Source of the DNA: an uncultured Candidatus Binatia bacterium
GTDB lineage: Bacteria > Desulfobacterota > Binatia > Bin18
Assembly: GCA_965218395.1 (NCBI GenBank)
Contig: OZ244620.1
Location: 1,226,818-1,290,817, forward strand
Length of the DNA stretch: 64,000 nt
Direction of reading: 5' to 3'
Positions within the stretch are counted from its first letter, which is position 1. Each line of letters starts with the position of its first letter. A program made the position numbers and the translations under genes. The notes under the pieces are model-generated. The model saw only the letters and a list, made by a program, of their open reading frames with translations, was not told where the DNA came from and made no database searches. Below, piece by piece: positions 10,207 to 20,110 of this stretch.

Positions 10207-11220
10207 ATGAGTACAGAAGCTGCGGTAAAATTGACCCGGAAAGACTTTGTTTCAGACCAGGATGTCCGCTGGTGTCCGGGCTGTGGTGACTATGCCATTC
10301 TGGCTCAGGTCCAAAAAATCTTTCCTGAGTTCGGCATTCCCAAAGAAAAAGCGGTGTTCATTTCGGGTATCGGCTGCTCCAGCCGTTTCCCGTACTATAT
10401 GAACACCTATGGCTTTCATACCATTCATGGCCGGGCGCCGGCGATTGCAACCGGACTCAAGATCTCCCGGCCCGACCTGCACATCTGGCTGGTCACCGGT
10501 GACGGCGACGGTTTGAGCATCGGCGGCAACCATCTCATCCATGCCCTGCGCCGGAATGTTGAGCTCAAAATCATGCTTTTCAACAACCGGATTTACGGTC
10601 TGACGAAAGGCCAATACTCGCCAACCTCAGAGCTTGGCAAGGTTGCCAAATCCACGCCCATGGGCTCGGTCGACCATCCGCTCAACCCGATCGCCCTGGC
10701 GATGGGCGCGGAGGCGACGTTTATCGCCCGCAGTATCGACACCGAAGCCAAGCACCAGCAGGCAACGCTGCGACGCGCCGCCGCCCATAAGGGCGGAGCG
10801 TTTATTGAAATCCTGCAAAACTGCAACGTCTATAATGACGGCGCCTGGGAATACCTGAAGGCGAAAGACTCCAAGGCCGATACCCAACTGCTGCTTGAGC
10901 ACGACAAACCCATGGTTTTTGGTAAGAACAAAGACCGGGGTATTCGCCTCAACGGCCTGACCCCGGAAGTGGTCACTCTGGGGAATGGTGTCAGCACCTC
11001 GGACCTGCTGGTCCACGATGAACACGATCAAACCCTGGCCTATCTGCTCGGTCGGATGACACCGCCCAACTTTCCCACGCCGGTTGGGGTGCTGTTTTCA
11101 ACCCAACGGCCGACGATTGAGTCTCTGATGAACAAACAGATTCAGGACGCGATTGAAAAGTCCGGCCCAGGGAATATTGAAACCCTGCTGCGTCGCGGAG
11201 ACGTCTGGTCCGTAGAATAA
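10207..11220 (+). CDS. korB: 2-oxoacid:ferredoxin oxidoreductase beta subunit
   Basis: WCPGCGD, SGIGCS, GDGD...NN..YGLTKGQYSPT TPP-binding motif. Confidence 0.92.
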   Translation: MSTEAAVKLTRKDFVSDQDVRWCPGCGDYAILAQVQKIFPEFGIPKEKAVFISGIGCSSRFPYYMNTYGFHTIHGRAPAIATGLKISRPDLHIWLVTGDGDGLSIGGNHLIHALRRNVELKIMLFNNRIYGLTKGQYSPTSELGKVAKSTPMGSVDHPLNPIALAMGAEATFIARSIDTEAKHQQATLRRAAAHKGGAFIEILQNCNVYNDGAWEYLKAKDSKADTQLLLEHDKPMVFGKNKDRGIRLNGLTPEVVTLGNGVSTSDLLVHDEHDQTLAYLLGRMTPPNFPTPVGVLFSTQRPTIESLMNKQIQDAIEKSGPGNIETLLRRGDVWSVE

Positions 11221-11291
11221 TTTTCTCAGCAATCGAGCAGGCCCCTGTTTGTCTGTATGACGAGCCGGGGCCTTTTTCGCTTTTCCAGCCT

Positions 11292-11603
11292 ATGCCCCTC
11301 CATCTTCGGATCCCCTGTCCCCAGTGCGGAAAAACCCTCTACCGCAAGCGCAACGGGCGTTGTCCGGAGTGTGGCGCGCGGGTGAGTGCGCATGTGGAAG
11401 AGGTGCGCGGGCGGGAGGAGCGGATTGAAAAGGTTGTGGCGGTCATCGGCACCGCGCTGGTTATCCTGGTCCTCATGCTCGCCGGCGGAGTCGGGCTGCT
11501 TGAGGGCATCCTGATGTACGGGGTGGCTGGCGCGGCAATGTTTTATCTGGCAAAAAAGACCTTCAAGCCCAACCGGGAACAAGCAGACAAGAATCAGGAT
11601 TAA
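11292..11603 (+). CDS. Small membrane protein with N-terminal zinc ribbon
   Basis: CPQC..CPEC followed by two hydrophobic helices. Confidence 0.7.
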   Translation: MPLHLRIPCPQCGKTLYRKRNGRCPECGARVSAHVEEVRGREERIEKVVAVIGTALVILVLMLAGGVGLLEGILMYGVAGAAMFYLAKKTFKPNREQADKNQD

Positions 11604-11641
11604 ATGATTACACTGACCTAGAGTAGCGTAAGGAAGAAACC

Positions 11642-11818
11642 ATGGCAGAAAAAGCCGACCTGAAAAAACAGATGAAAGAGCTCAAAGGGCAACGTGATAC
11701 GGCCCTGGAGCAAAAGGAACACAAAGAACTCAAAAAGATCCGACGCAACATCCACTCCGTCAAACGGCAGTTACGCGCCCTGGCACAAAGAGGAAACGTG
11801 TCCTCCAACAGCGTGTAG
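11642..11818 (+). CDS. Small basic helical protein (58 aa, absent from ORF track)
   Basis: RBS AAGGAAG, then MAEKADLKKQMKELKGQRDTALEQKEHKELKKIRRNIHSVKRQLRALAQRGNVSSNSV*. Confidence 0.7.
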   Translation: MAEKADLKKQMKELKGQRDTALEQKEHKELKKIRRNIHSVKRQLRALAQRGNVSSNSV

Positions 11819-11840
11819 ATGCTGGACACGTTTCCTCTTT
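11787..11840. repeat. Palindromic element copy 1 (17-bp perfect arms)
   Basis: AAAGAGGAAACGTGTCC-N20-GGACACGTTTCCTCTTT; overlaps the 3' end of the 11642 ORF. Confidence 0.9.
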
Positions 11841-11993
11841 TGAAGCGACCCCGGCTGCGTAATACTCTTTTGCTTCGGCCCCGGTCCGGGCTGCTACGAG
11901 AAAAGGCAGGGGAGCCCGCTCCCTGTCCGTCTACACCGCCCGCTCGGACTTCTCCCTAGCCCCCAACCGCCCAGGCATGAAAGGAAGCAGGCT

Positions 11994-13460
11994 ATGAATG
12001 TTCGGGTCCAATCGCACGCCATCACGGCGGTTCGCACTGACCTGCTGGTGGTCTCGGTCGCGCAGGGGAAACACAACGCCGCACACCTGAAAGCCCTGGA
12101 TGCCGCGGTGGATGGCGCGCTGCGCGAGCAGCTGAGACGCAGCCGATTCCAGGGCAAACCCGGCCAGACCCTCCTGTTCCAGACGCATAAGCGCCTCCCC
12201 AGCGGATTGGTGCTGCTGGTTGGACTCGGCAAGCAGGCGAGTGTTGAGTCGTCCACCTGGCGTCAGGTCGGCGCCACGGCCCGTCGCCAGGCGCAGGAGC
12301 AGCGCGCGAAGAGCCTGGCCTGGTTTGTCGAACCCGGCCTGGATGTGCAGGACATGGGCGCCGCTGTGCTCGAAGGGCTACTGCTGTCCGGCTATGCCTT
12401 CCACAAGTATAAATCCGACAACGGGGAAAAGACGGTCCTTGAGACCTTCACCCTGGTTGGTCCCGGTCTCAGAAAAAGTGTCCGGCTGAGCCGCGCCCTC
12501 GAAACGGTCCACAATACGGTTCCGGGCGTCTTTCTGGCTCGCGATTTGGTCAATGAACCCGCTTCGGTTTCAACCCCGACGTATCTGGCCAGTCAAGCCA
12601 AAAAGCTCTCTGACGGAAACGGGCTCAAGACCGAGGTCTGGGGCGTGAGCAAGATCAAGGCGGCCAAAATGCACGGGCTGCTGGCGGTTTCGCGCGGCGG
12701 TCCGGAAGAGCCGCGCTTCATCAAGCTGCGCTATACCCCCGCGGCCAAGCCCAAAAAGAAGGTCGCCCTAGTCGGCAAGGGCCTCACCTTTGACTCGGGC
12801 GGCCTTTCGCTCAAGCCGGCCAAGTCCATGGAGACGATGAAGATTGATATGTCGGGTGGGGCAACCGTGCTGGGGACGATGCGGGCGATTGCCGCGCTCA
12901 AACCGCAGGTGCAGGTCACGGGCTATGTGCCCTCGTCTGAAAATATGCCGAGCGGCACGGCTCAGAAACCCGGTGATATCATCAGCTATCGAAACGGCAA
13001 AACCGTCGAGGTCCTCAATACGGATGCAGAGGGCCGTCTGATCCTGGCCGATGCGCTGATCTGTGCCGTAGAAGACAAGCCCGACGTCATTATTGACCTG
13101 GCCACCCTGACCGGCGCCTGCATGGTCGCCCTGGGCTCCCAGGTCGCCGGGCTGTTCAGCAATAATCAGCAACTGACGGATGCTTTATTAGCCAGCAGCA
13201 AAGAGACGGGCGAGCAATTATGGCCCATGCCCCTGGTGAAGGAGTATAAGGACGACATCAAGAGTTCCATCGCCGACATTAAAAATATCGGTGGCGGCTA
13301 TGGCGGGGCGATTACCGCGGCCCTTTTTCTCGAAGAGTTTGTCTCGGAGGTTCCCTGGGCGCATCTGGATATTGCCGGTCCGGCCTTTTCGGAGCGCGCC
13401 CCAAGGGGCGGCACCGGCTTTGGCGTGCGGACGCTCGTGCAGTATGTGTTGAGTTTGTAG
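11994..13460 (+). CDS. pepA: Leucyl aminopeptidase (M17)
   Basis: VGKGLTFDSGG, MKIDMSGGA, NTDAEGRLILAD, WAHLDIAG. Confidence 0.95.
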   Translation: MNVRVQSHAITAVRTDLLVVSVAQGKHNAAHLKALDAAVDGALREQLRRSRFQGKPGQTLLFQTHKRLPSGLVLLVGLGKQASVESSTWRQVGATARRQAQEQRAKSLAWFVEPGLDVQDMGAAVLEGLLLSGYAFHKYKSDNGEKTVLETFTLVGPGLRKSVRLSRALETVHNTVPGVFLARDLVNEPASVSTPTYLASQAKKLSDGNGLKTEVWGVSKIKAAKMHGLLAVSRGGPEEPRFIKLRYTPAAKPKKKVALVGKGLTFDSGGLSLKPAKSMETMKIDMSGGATVLGTMRAIAALKPQVQVTGYVPSSENMPSGTAQKPGDIISYRNGKTVEVLNTDAEGRLILADALICAVEDKPDVIIDLATLTGACMVALGSQVAGLFSNNQQLTDALLASSKETGEQLWPMPLVKEYKDDIKSSIADIKNIGGGYGGAITAALFLEEFVSEVPWAHLDIAGPAFSERAPRGGTGFGVRTLVQYVLSL

Positions 13461-13508
13461 CGCACCCCGCAGGGGAGACGGGGATTCCGGCGTAGCCTCT
13501 TTTTACCG

Positions 13509-14198
13509 ATGCGGACTATTGCCCAACTCCAACGCCAGATCGTTGCCTGCCGGCGCTGTCCCCGGCTCGTTCAGCACTGCCGGCGCACGGCCCAAGAGAA
13601 AATCAAACGCTACCGCGACTGGGACTATTGGGGCAAGCCGGTGCCGAGCCTGGGTGACCGCAGCGCGCGCCTGTATGTCGTCGGTCTGGCACCGGCCGCG
13701 CATGGCGGCAACCGGACGGGCCGGGTGTTTACCGGAGACCGCAGCGGAGACTGGGTTTTCGGCGCGTTGCACGCCTATGGCTTCGCCAGCCAGCCGACCT
13801 CAACCCATATGGATGACGGCCTCAGGCTACAGGGCGCGTATATCACCGCGGCCGTCCATTGTGCGCCGCCGGACAACAAGCCGTCGCGAGAAGAATTCGA
13901 CGCCTGCCAACCCTATCTGCTGCGTGAACTCCAACTGCTGAAACAGGTCAGGGTCGTGGTGGCGCTGGGGCAACTGGCTTTTGCGGCCTATCTCAAAGCC
14001 CGGCGGGAAGTCGGCCTGCGGGTGCCGACGCCCCGGCCGCAATTCGGACATGCAAAGCGTTACGACCTGGACGGCGTCAGCCTCATCGCTTCCTACCATC
14101 CCAGCCAACAGAACACCTTTACCGGCCGGCTGACGCAGCCCATGTTTCATGCCGTCTTCCGCGAGGCGCGGGAGATCATCGGGGGCGCTGGGCTTTGA
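13509..14198 (+). CDS. Uracil-DNA glycosylase, family 5 (UdgB-like, 4Fe-4S)
   Basis: CRRCPRL, VGLAPAAHGGNRTGR.FTGDRSG, HCAPPDNKP, SYHPSQQNT. Confidence 0.92.
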   Translation: MRTIAQLQRQIVACRRCPRLVQHCRRTAQEKIKRYRDWDYWGKPVPSLGDRSARLYVVGLAPAAHGGNRTGRVFTGDRSGDWVFGALHAYGFASQPTSTHMDDGLRLQGAYITAAVHCAPPDNKPSREEFDACQPYLLRELQLLKQVRVVVALGQLAFAAYLKARREVGLRVPTPRPQFGHAKRYDLDGVSLIASYHPSQQNTFTGRLTQPMFHAVFREAREIIGGAGL

Positions 14199-14247
14199 TA
14201 CGAAGAGTCTGTGCCTGGTGCGCCTTCAGGCCGGCTGGATGCCACCC

Positions 14248-15075
14248 TTATTCGGGAAAGATCGCGTTAATGACCTCATCAATCGCGCGCTGGGAGTCGT
14301 TGTCATCCGTCAGCGAACGGGAGACGGCAACGGTACACGCGCGCCGCGGTGTCACCCCCTGGCGCATGAGTTGGCCGGAATAAATGAGCAGCCGCGTGCT
14401 GACGCCTTCTTCCAGGCCGCTGGCTTTCAGGTGGCGGACCTTTTCGCCCAGCTTGGCCAGGTCGAGCGCGGTTTCCAGCGACAAATCACTCTCGTGGGCA
14501 ATGATCTCGGCCTCCTTATCGCGGGGCGGATAGGTGAACTCGACCGTGACAAAGCGCTGCCGCGTCGAGTGTTTGAGGTCCTTGAGGATGCTCTGGTAGC
14601 CGGGGTTGTACGAGATGACCAGCAGAAAATTATCATGCGCTGCAAGGATTTCGGCCCGCTTATCAACCGGCAGAATGCGTCGATGGTCGGTCAGCGGATG
14701 GATGAGGACGATGGTGTCCTTGCGCGCCTCCACGATCTCGTCCAGATAACAAATCGCCCCGGTGCGGACCGCCTGAGTCAGCGGGCCGTCCACCCAGACG
14801 GTATCATCGCCCTTAATCAGATAGCGCCCGACCAGATCGCTCCCCGTCAGGTCTTCATGGCAGGCGACCGTGACGATGTTTTCGGGGGCTTCCTCACCGC
14901 GGTTCGGCATGAGCACATGGGCCATATGCTCGACGAAGCGGGTCTTGCCGCAGCCGGTCGGACCTTTCAGCAGAACCGGCAGCCGACACTCATAGGCGGC
15001 CCGAAAAATCTCGACCTCGTCGCCTATGGGTAGATAAAACGGAACCGCACCATTCGGGGTAGTATCTTCGCTCAT
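14248..15075 (-). CDS. CbbQ/NirQ/NorQ-type MoxR AAA+ ATPase
   Basis: [47 protein letters not shown]. Confidence 0.9.
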   Translation of the reverse strand: MSEDTTPNGAVPFYLPIGDEVEIFRAAYECRLPVLLKGPTGCGKTRFVEHMAHVLMPNRGEEAPENIVTVACHEDLTGSDLVGRYLIKGDDTVWVDGPLTQAVRTGAICYLDEIVEARKDTIVLIHPLTDHRRILPVDKRAEILAAHDNFLLVISYNPGYQSILKDLKHSTRQRFVTVEFTYPPRDKEAEIIAHESDLSLETALDLAKLGEKVRHLKASGLEEGVSTRLLIYSGQLMRQGVTPRRACTVAVSRSLTDDNDSQRAIDEVINAIFPE

Positions 15076-15099
15076 AATCGTGACTCGTTTCCTCTTTTT

Positions 15100-16266
15100 T
15101 TATGAGGTGGTGGTGAGAGTCTCCATGACTTGCCGGGTATCAATATCGATCAGCTCAACGGTCGCCACCTCACTGCTGCCGGTCTTTTGCCCGGCATCGA
15201 TGAGCTGGCCGCGGAGTTTTTCTCTGAAACCGTCCCGGACAGGCTGAGGCATACCAGCCATGGGGAAATTGCGAAAGAAGACCTGGGCCTGGGTTGACGA
15301 CAGCCACTTAATCCGGACGATTTTGGGCGCCATCATTTCATGTGAGCGAAAGAGCGCTTCGACCGCTTGCTGAAACGCTGAGGCTGGGGTTGGCGACGCG
15401 GTCCGGGAGGGGGGCGTCCCGTTCGAGAATTGTTCCAGAAGCTGGTCGACGCGGGCCTGAATGGCGGTGTTGTCCGTCAGACTCCTGGCCTGCCGTAATG
15501 CGGCGAGCGCTTGTTCGGGCAGGCCCTTCTCCTGGTAGGCCACCCCCAGGTTAAAACGCGCCTGAAAGAAGTCCGGCCGCTCGGCCAGGACGGCCTGATA
15601 GGCAGCGATGGCCAGGTCGATCTGGCCGGTATAGAGGTACATGGTCCCCAGGTCGGTCGTCACGCCGACATCGTCCGGTTTCAGGGCTAAATAGCGCCGA
15701 TAATACTCGATCGCCTTGTGGTGTTCCTCAAGGTCGTAGTACACATTCCCCAGGCCGCGCAGCGCAGCCAGATCACCCGGTACAAGTGCAAACAGCTTGC
15801 GATAGGAAGCCAGGGCCGCACTGCGGTAGCTGGCATCGAGCTGCGACGCTCGGAACTGGACTTCGGCCAGGGTCCGCCACGCACTGGGGTCTTGCGGGGC
15901 GGCATTGGCCTGGGCAACCAGTTCCGCGATACGACTCTTGGCCTCCTCCGGCAGGGCAACCTGGGGATGATTCTGGGGCAGGGCCGAACCGCCCGTGCTG
16001 GCTTGCGTGGCAGGGGTCGGGGTCGGGGCGAAAGGCTCTGTCCGCAGGACAAAGAGCCAGAGTCCGATGCCGACGGCGAGGTAGCAGGACAAAACGATGA
16101 GGCCGGGCAGCGGCAGCCGCCGCGCGCCGGTCGCCGCTGGGGCGGCCGATTTTCGGGCTTTCTGCCCGCCGGCCTGGCCCCCGAGGGCTTCCCCACAATT
16201 CGTACAGAAATGTGCTTTGGGGATAGTCTCTGTCCCGCACTGTGGGCAAAAACGCGCTGTCGCCAT
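15100..16266 (-). CDS. Zinc-ribbon / TM / TPR protein
   Basis: FCPQCG..FCTNCG, one TM helix, LPQNHP, several TPR repeats. Confidence 0.8.
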   Translation of the reverse strand: MATARFCPQCGTETIPKAHFCTNCGEALGGQAGGQKARKSAAPAATGARRLPLPGLIVLSCYLAVGIGLWLFVLRTEPFAPTPTPATQASTGGSALPQNHPQVALPEEAKSRIAELVAQANAAPQDPSAWRTLAEVQFRASQLDASYRSAALASYRKLFALVPGDLAALRGLGNVYYDLEEHHKAIEYYRRYLALKPDDVGVTTDLGTMYLYTGQIDLAIAAYQAVLAERPDFFQARFNLGVAYQEKGLPEQALAALRQARSLTDNTAIQARVDQLLEQFSNGTPPSRTASPTPASAFQQAVEALFRSHEMMAPKIVRIKWLSSTQAQVFFRNFPMAGMPQPVRDGFREKLRGQLIDAGQKTGSSEVATVELIDIDTRQVMETLTTTS

Positions 16267-16326
16267 CCGGCCTCTCCCTCCGTGCACTCTACCTAACAAC
16301 AATACCCCAGGCGGGCTAGACCGGGC

Positions 16327-16334
16327 AGGCGGCG
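16327..16334 (+). repeat. Left 8-bp target-site duplication
   Basis: AGGCGGCG immediately before IRL. Confidence 0.85.
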
Positions 16335-16339
16335 GGTGC

Positions 16340-16414
16340 TGTCCTAATTCAGCGCGGGGTGTCCTAAGTTGGGGGAAGTTTGTCCTAATTTGAGCGGCGA
16401 ACTGTCCTAATTTG
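16340..16414 (+). repeat. Four direct copies of TGTCCTAA(T/G)T spaced 20, 21 and 22 bp
   Basis: Copies start at 16340, 16360, 16381, 16403; AACTGTCCTAATTTG (16400-16414) recurs exactly at 21500-21514. Confidence 0.9.
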
Positions 16415-16955
16415 TGGCGGGGTGGCGGGCGCTAATAACGTCCTCGATTATCCCGAATAAGACGTATTACATCCTGATCTCCTTCTGCGACACCGGCAAC
16501 AAAATTGGTATCCTTAGGAGGCAGAGTGGCATGTTCATGAAAATGTATCGCAATTAACAGTTAAGGGCTTGACATTAGCCCTCGTTCAATCTCGGTGACT
16601 TCAGCTCTTATGATACCATTACCTATCGCTCGCAGGCTCGGCGGGTCGGGGCAATATCGATCATCATAGCTAAAGGAGTGACAAGCATGAGCGACAACTC
16701 CAGCGACCGCCATTGATCGAACTGCGTCCTCCCATCGACGCACATGTCGCGCTCATCGAGACAAGATTTCAAGCTAGATTTCGTGACCCGTGTTTGTCGG
16801 CACCTCGTGCGAGATATTCTGACCACCATCCGTGTACCATCTTGCATGGTCGACTAAGTCGTTGGACAAAATCTCGCTGCTCCCCAAACCTCAGCGTTAG
16901 CGTAGATTGCTACACCATGCTAAAGTAACCCGGCCCGGCGATGGCACCCAGCGGG

Positions 16956-17052
16956 GCGACATCGAGAAGCAGTTGGCGATGACAGCGGCATCGAGAAGCA
17001 GTTGGCGATGACAGCGGCATCGAGAAGCAGTTGGCGATGACAGCGACATCAA
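16956..17052 (+). repeat. 29-bp tandem repeat (~3.3 copies) overlapping the ATPase start
   Basis: Unit GACAGCGGCATCGAGAAGCAGTTGGCGAT, no spacers. Confidence 0.92.
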
Positions 17053-18914
17053 GGGGATCGGATCAGCTTGACCGGCTTGAAGAGAGTATCCGAGCAGCCG
17101 ACAACCATCAACCATTTGAGACTCCGCTTGCGACCAGCGAACGAATCATCGCTCGGGTTACCGACGGAATCTACCGGGAGCCTTGGGCCGCATTCCGCGA
17201 ACTAGTCGCCAATGCATATGATGCTGACGCGTCATATGTGGTGATCGAAACCGGCCGACCCGACTTCCAACGCATGACAGTACGGGACGACGGTATTGGA
17301 ATGTCCCCCAGGACTCTCGCATACGTCTTAAAGAACATAGGCGGCAGCTCGAAGCGAACCGCTGCCGGAACTGAACTCAAGACCGTCAAAAGCGGCGCCC
17401 CCGACCTCAGCCCAGGCGGCCGTCCCCTCATCGGAAAAATCGGTATCGGGTTGTTTGCCATCGCGCAACTAACCCAACATTTTCAGATCATTACCAAGGC
17501 CGCCGGAGAAAACCACAGGCTATCCGCCACCGTCAAACTTCACACCCATGACGAGGAGAGAACTCAACAAGACGACGCGGACTATGTCGCTGGACGCGTG
17601 GTAATTGTGTCCGAGAAGGTTCCAGACAAGGAAATAGAGTCTCACGGTACATCTGTAGTCCTTTACCAGCTGCGCGATGAAGTTCGCCGAACGCTTCAAA
17701 GTGATAGGCTCTGGAACGCTACGCTAGTCGAGTCTGGGGGTGGTGAGTCCGTACGGAAACCGCCACAATTCCATATTGGTTACCTCGGGAAACCGCCGCA
17801 GGAACCTAATTTGCCGTGGCAAGACAAGGACAGCCCGAAAAATAAGTTCGATAGGTTCTTCGAAGCAGCAAGCAGCGCTTCCGGAAGAACAATCAAGTCG
17901 TCGAATCTGGACCATTTCGACGAGTATCTCCGGCTCGTATGGAAGTTAAGCCTCTCCCTTCCTCTAAACTACATTGGTGGTCATCCATTTGATCTGGATG
18001 GATCGAGTGGCATTCTATTTCTTGGCCTTCCAGACGAGAAGGGACAAGCCGACGAACTGCGCCTTGCACCCACAGAATCGCTCCGTGAACATTTGGGCCT
18101 TGGCATGAGCGGCAAAAATATTAACCATCCATTTTCCGTGACACTCGACGGAATCTCTCTACGACGCCCCATCAGCCTTCCCCGTGACCTGATGAAACCG
18201 TCTCGAGTCGGCGCACCGGTTTTGGTCGCCACGAAACAGGAAAATCCATTCTCTGAGAGCACTCTTGAGCGGGCAGGAGGTCATCTTTCGTTCGACGCAT
18301 ATCTCTACTGGAATAGTAAGATAATTCCAAAAGAAACAGCCGGGGTGCTAATTCGAATTCGTGGATCTAGTGGAACACTATTCGATTCCACATTTCTAAA
18401 CTATCAAGTGTCGGAACAAACCAGGCTGCGTCAGATAACCGCCGAAATGTTTATTCACGAGGGGCTCGACAGCGCTATTAACATCGACCGTGAGTCGTTC
18501 AACTACAGTCATCCTCACTTTTTGTATATCCAAAGATGGCTTCACCGGGCGCTTCGACTTCTTGTCAATCGTCTGAAGGCGCGGGCCGCTGCAGATCTCG
18601 CGCGCGCAAAATCCGAGCTTCGAAATAAGGCACTCAGCTACGCGGCAGAGGTCTGGAGTCGTCGGTTGGGGGATGAGGCTGATCCACCATTTTCAGATCC
18701 CACCGTGAGTACCCTTCCCGATGAGGTCGGCGGAGCGGATATCGACTGGCCTTCCGAAGGTATTCTGACTAGCCGGGGTAAACATGTTGGAACAGGCCGA
18801 ATTAGCGCGCTTGCCGCCATTCTGGAGGCGTACGGCGTTTTATCCAGCCTACCCGCTGAGGACCGGGCTCGGATCATCAGCGATATTCTCGGCATTCCCG
18901 AAACAGACGCATAA
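17037..18914 (+). CDS. MORC-like GHKL (HATPase_c/Hsp90-type) ATPase
   Basis: RELVANAYDADA, VRDDGIGM, IGKIGIGLFA, HGTSV; C-terminal S5-like half (..LDSAINIDRESFN); start may be TTG 17031. Confidence 0.85.
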   Translation: MTATSRGSDQLDRLEESIRAADNHQPFETPLATSERIIARVTDGIYREPWAAFRELVANAYDADASYVVIETGRPDFQRMTVRDDGIGMSPRTLAYVLKNIGGSSKRTAAGTELKTVKSGAPDLSPGGRPLIGKIGIGLFAIAQLTQHFQIITKAAGENHRLSATVKLHTHDEERTQQDDADYVAGRVVIVSEKVPDKEIESHGTSVVLYQLRDEVRRTLQSDRLWNATLVESGGGESVRKPPQFHIGYLGKPPQEPNLPWQDKDSPKNKFDRFFEAASSASGRTIKSSNLDHFDEYLRLVWKLSLSLPLNYIGGHPFDLDGSSGILFLGLPDEKGQADELRLAPTESLREHLGLGMSGKNINHPFSVTLDGISLRRPISLPRDLMKPSRVGAPVLVATKQENPFSESTLERAGGHLSFDAYLYWNSKIIPKETAGVLIRIRGSSGTLFDSTFLNYQVSEQTRLRQITAEMFIHEGLDSAINIDRESFNYSHPHFLYIQRWLHRALRLLVNRLKARAAADLARAKSELRNKALSYAAEVWSRRLGDEADPPFSDPTVSTLPDEVGGADIDWPSEGILTSRGKHVGTGRISALAAILEAYGVLSSLPAEDRARIISDILGIPETDA

Positions 18915-18916
18915 AT

Positions 18917-20110
18917 ATGGCGCCCGACGAACCCAATCGGCCGATTGCTGATGAGGTACTACCTGCACAGATCGACGACCTGGCGGTCCCGGTAGCACTA
19001 GACAAACTCTTCCCTTGGCATCGCCCGCGCAAACAATTGGTCCGGGAAAAACAGTGGATACACTTTTCTCGGCAGCTCATCGAAAGGGAAAAGGGTCAAC
19101 CGGGATTACGTGGCTCGCCGAATGCCAACCCAGAAGTCCGGTTCTTAACGCTTCCAGGAATTGACTACCTTGACGTGCGTCAGCTTGCCGACGTATGCCA
19201 AGATCTCGGCTGCTCCCTGACGAGTATAGGATTTCAATCGGGAGGCGAGCAGAATGCCTATGTCGCCCGGGCACAACTCCGAGAAAAGTCTCTGATTGAT
19301 GCTAAGCGCATAACTAGTCAATCACACACCTTCCCGAGAAGGCTCGAGGACATCGTATCTACAAGTAGCCAAGCGTATCAGGAGCTGAAAGAACGCGGGC
19401 CTTTTCACATTGTGAATATAGATGCGTGCGGGTCGATTGCCGCTCCACGGGCGGATCACCCCAACCGTTTGATCGAAGCCGTGTACAGGATTGTTGAGCT
19501 ACAACTTGAACTCATGACTGGCAGATGGTTGCTCTTTGTCACCACCGATGTCCGGCCAGGCTCTGTTGCCCGCGAGACTAGAGATAGGCTCTACAATACG
19601 ATATTCGAAAATGCGGACAAGAACGAAGAATTTCGGAACCGGGCGGTGCCTTTCCTGGCCCCCGGTGAGGTGGATATCAGGGCCGCTGTGAGGACGGCTT
19701 CCGCAAGGCCGGGAATCACGTCTCTCCAGCTCTTTTCGCTCGGCCTCGCCAAATGGTTCATCCACTTGGCACGTGATAAGAACTGGGACATGCAGACCCA
19801 CCATCCCTACTGCTACTCCACGATGCCTGGGAATAACAACACTCCGTCGATGACTTGCCTCGCGTTTGAATTTCTTCCACCGTCTCCAGGTCTTCAGGAT
19901 AGGTTTCAAGTTGCGCGAGCAGAACCTGCTCCTGCGTCGGGACGGGAGGATACGTCGGTACGTGCCGCTGACAAGATAAGAGACATGACCAATGCTGATA
20001 GTAAGATCGGCTCGGATGAACCACTCCGTAACCGTATGGTGGAAGACCTTCGGATGTTGCTCGCGGAAGTCGGCTACAGTTCTACACTGCTGGACGAAAT
20101 TGGAGCATAG
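18917..20110 (+). CDS. Uncharacterised protein, possibly SAM-methyltransferase-like fold
   Basis: FPWHRPRKQ.VREKQW, VRFLTLPGIDYLDVR, HIVNIDACGS; 2 nt after the ATPase stop. Recalls the PP_RS20740-type family (from memory, unverified). Confidence 0.55.
   Translation: MAPDEPNRPIADEVLPAQIDDLAVPVALDKLFPWHRPRKQLVREKQWIHFSRQLIEREKGQPGLRGSPNANPEVRFLTLPGIDYLDVRQLADVCQDLGCSLTSIGFQSGGEQNAYVARAQLREKSLIDAKRITSQSHTFPRRLEDIVSTSSQAYQELKERGPFHIVNIDACGSIAAPRADHPNRLIEAVYRIVELQLELMTGRWLLFVTTDVRPGSVARETRDRLYNTIFENADKNEEFRNRAVPFLAPGEVDIRAAVRTASARPGITSLQLFSLGLAKWFIHLARDKNWDMQTHHPYCYSTMPGNNNTPSMTCLAFEFLPPSPGLQDRFQVARAEPAPASGREDTSVRAADKIRDMTNADSKIGSDEPLRNRMVEDLRMLLAEVGYSSTLLDEIGA

Noticed and set aside
16340-16414. 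Integron attC/attI or CRISPR interpretation of the TGTCCTAA array
   Set aside because: No RYYYAAC..GTTRRRY pairing, no integrase, and the conserved core is only 8-10 bp.
16561-16928. Small ORFs inside the element's left part (possible Vsr or transposase remnant)
   Set aside because: No Vsr or DDE motifs recognised in any frame.
16956-17052. Possible mini-CRISPR (29-bp repeats)
   Set aside because: Units are head-to-tail with no spacers; no cas genes in the window.
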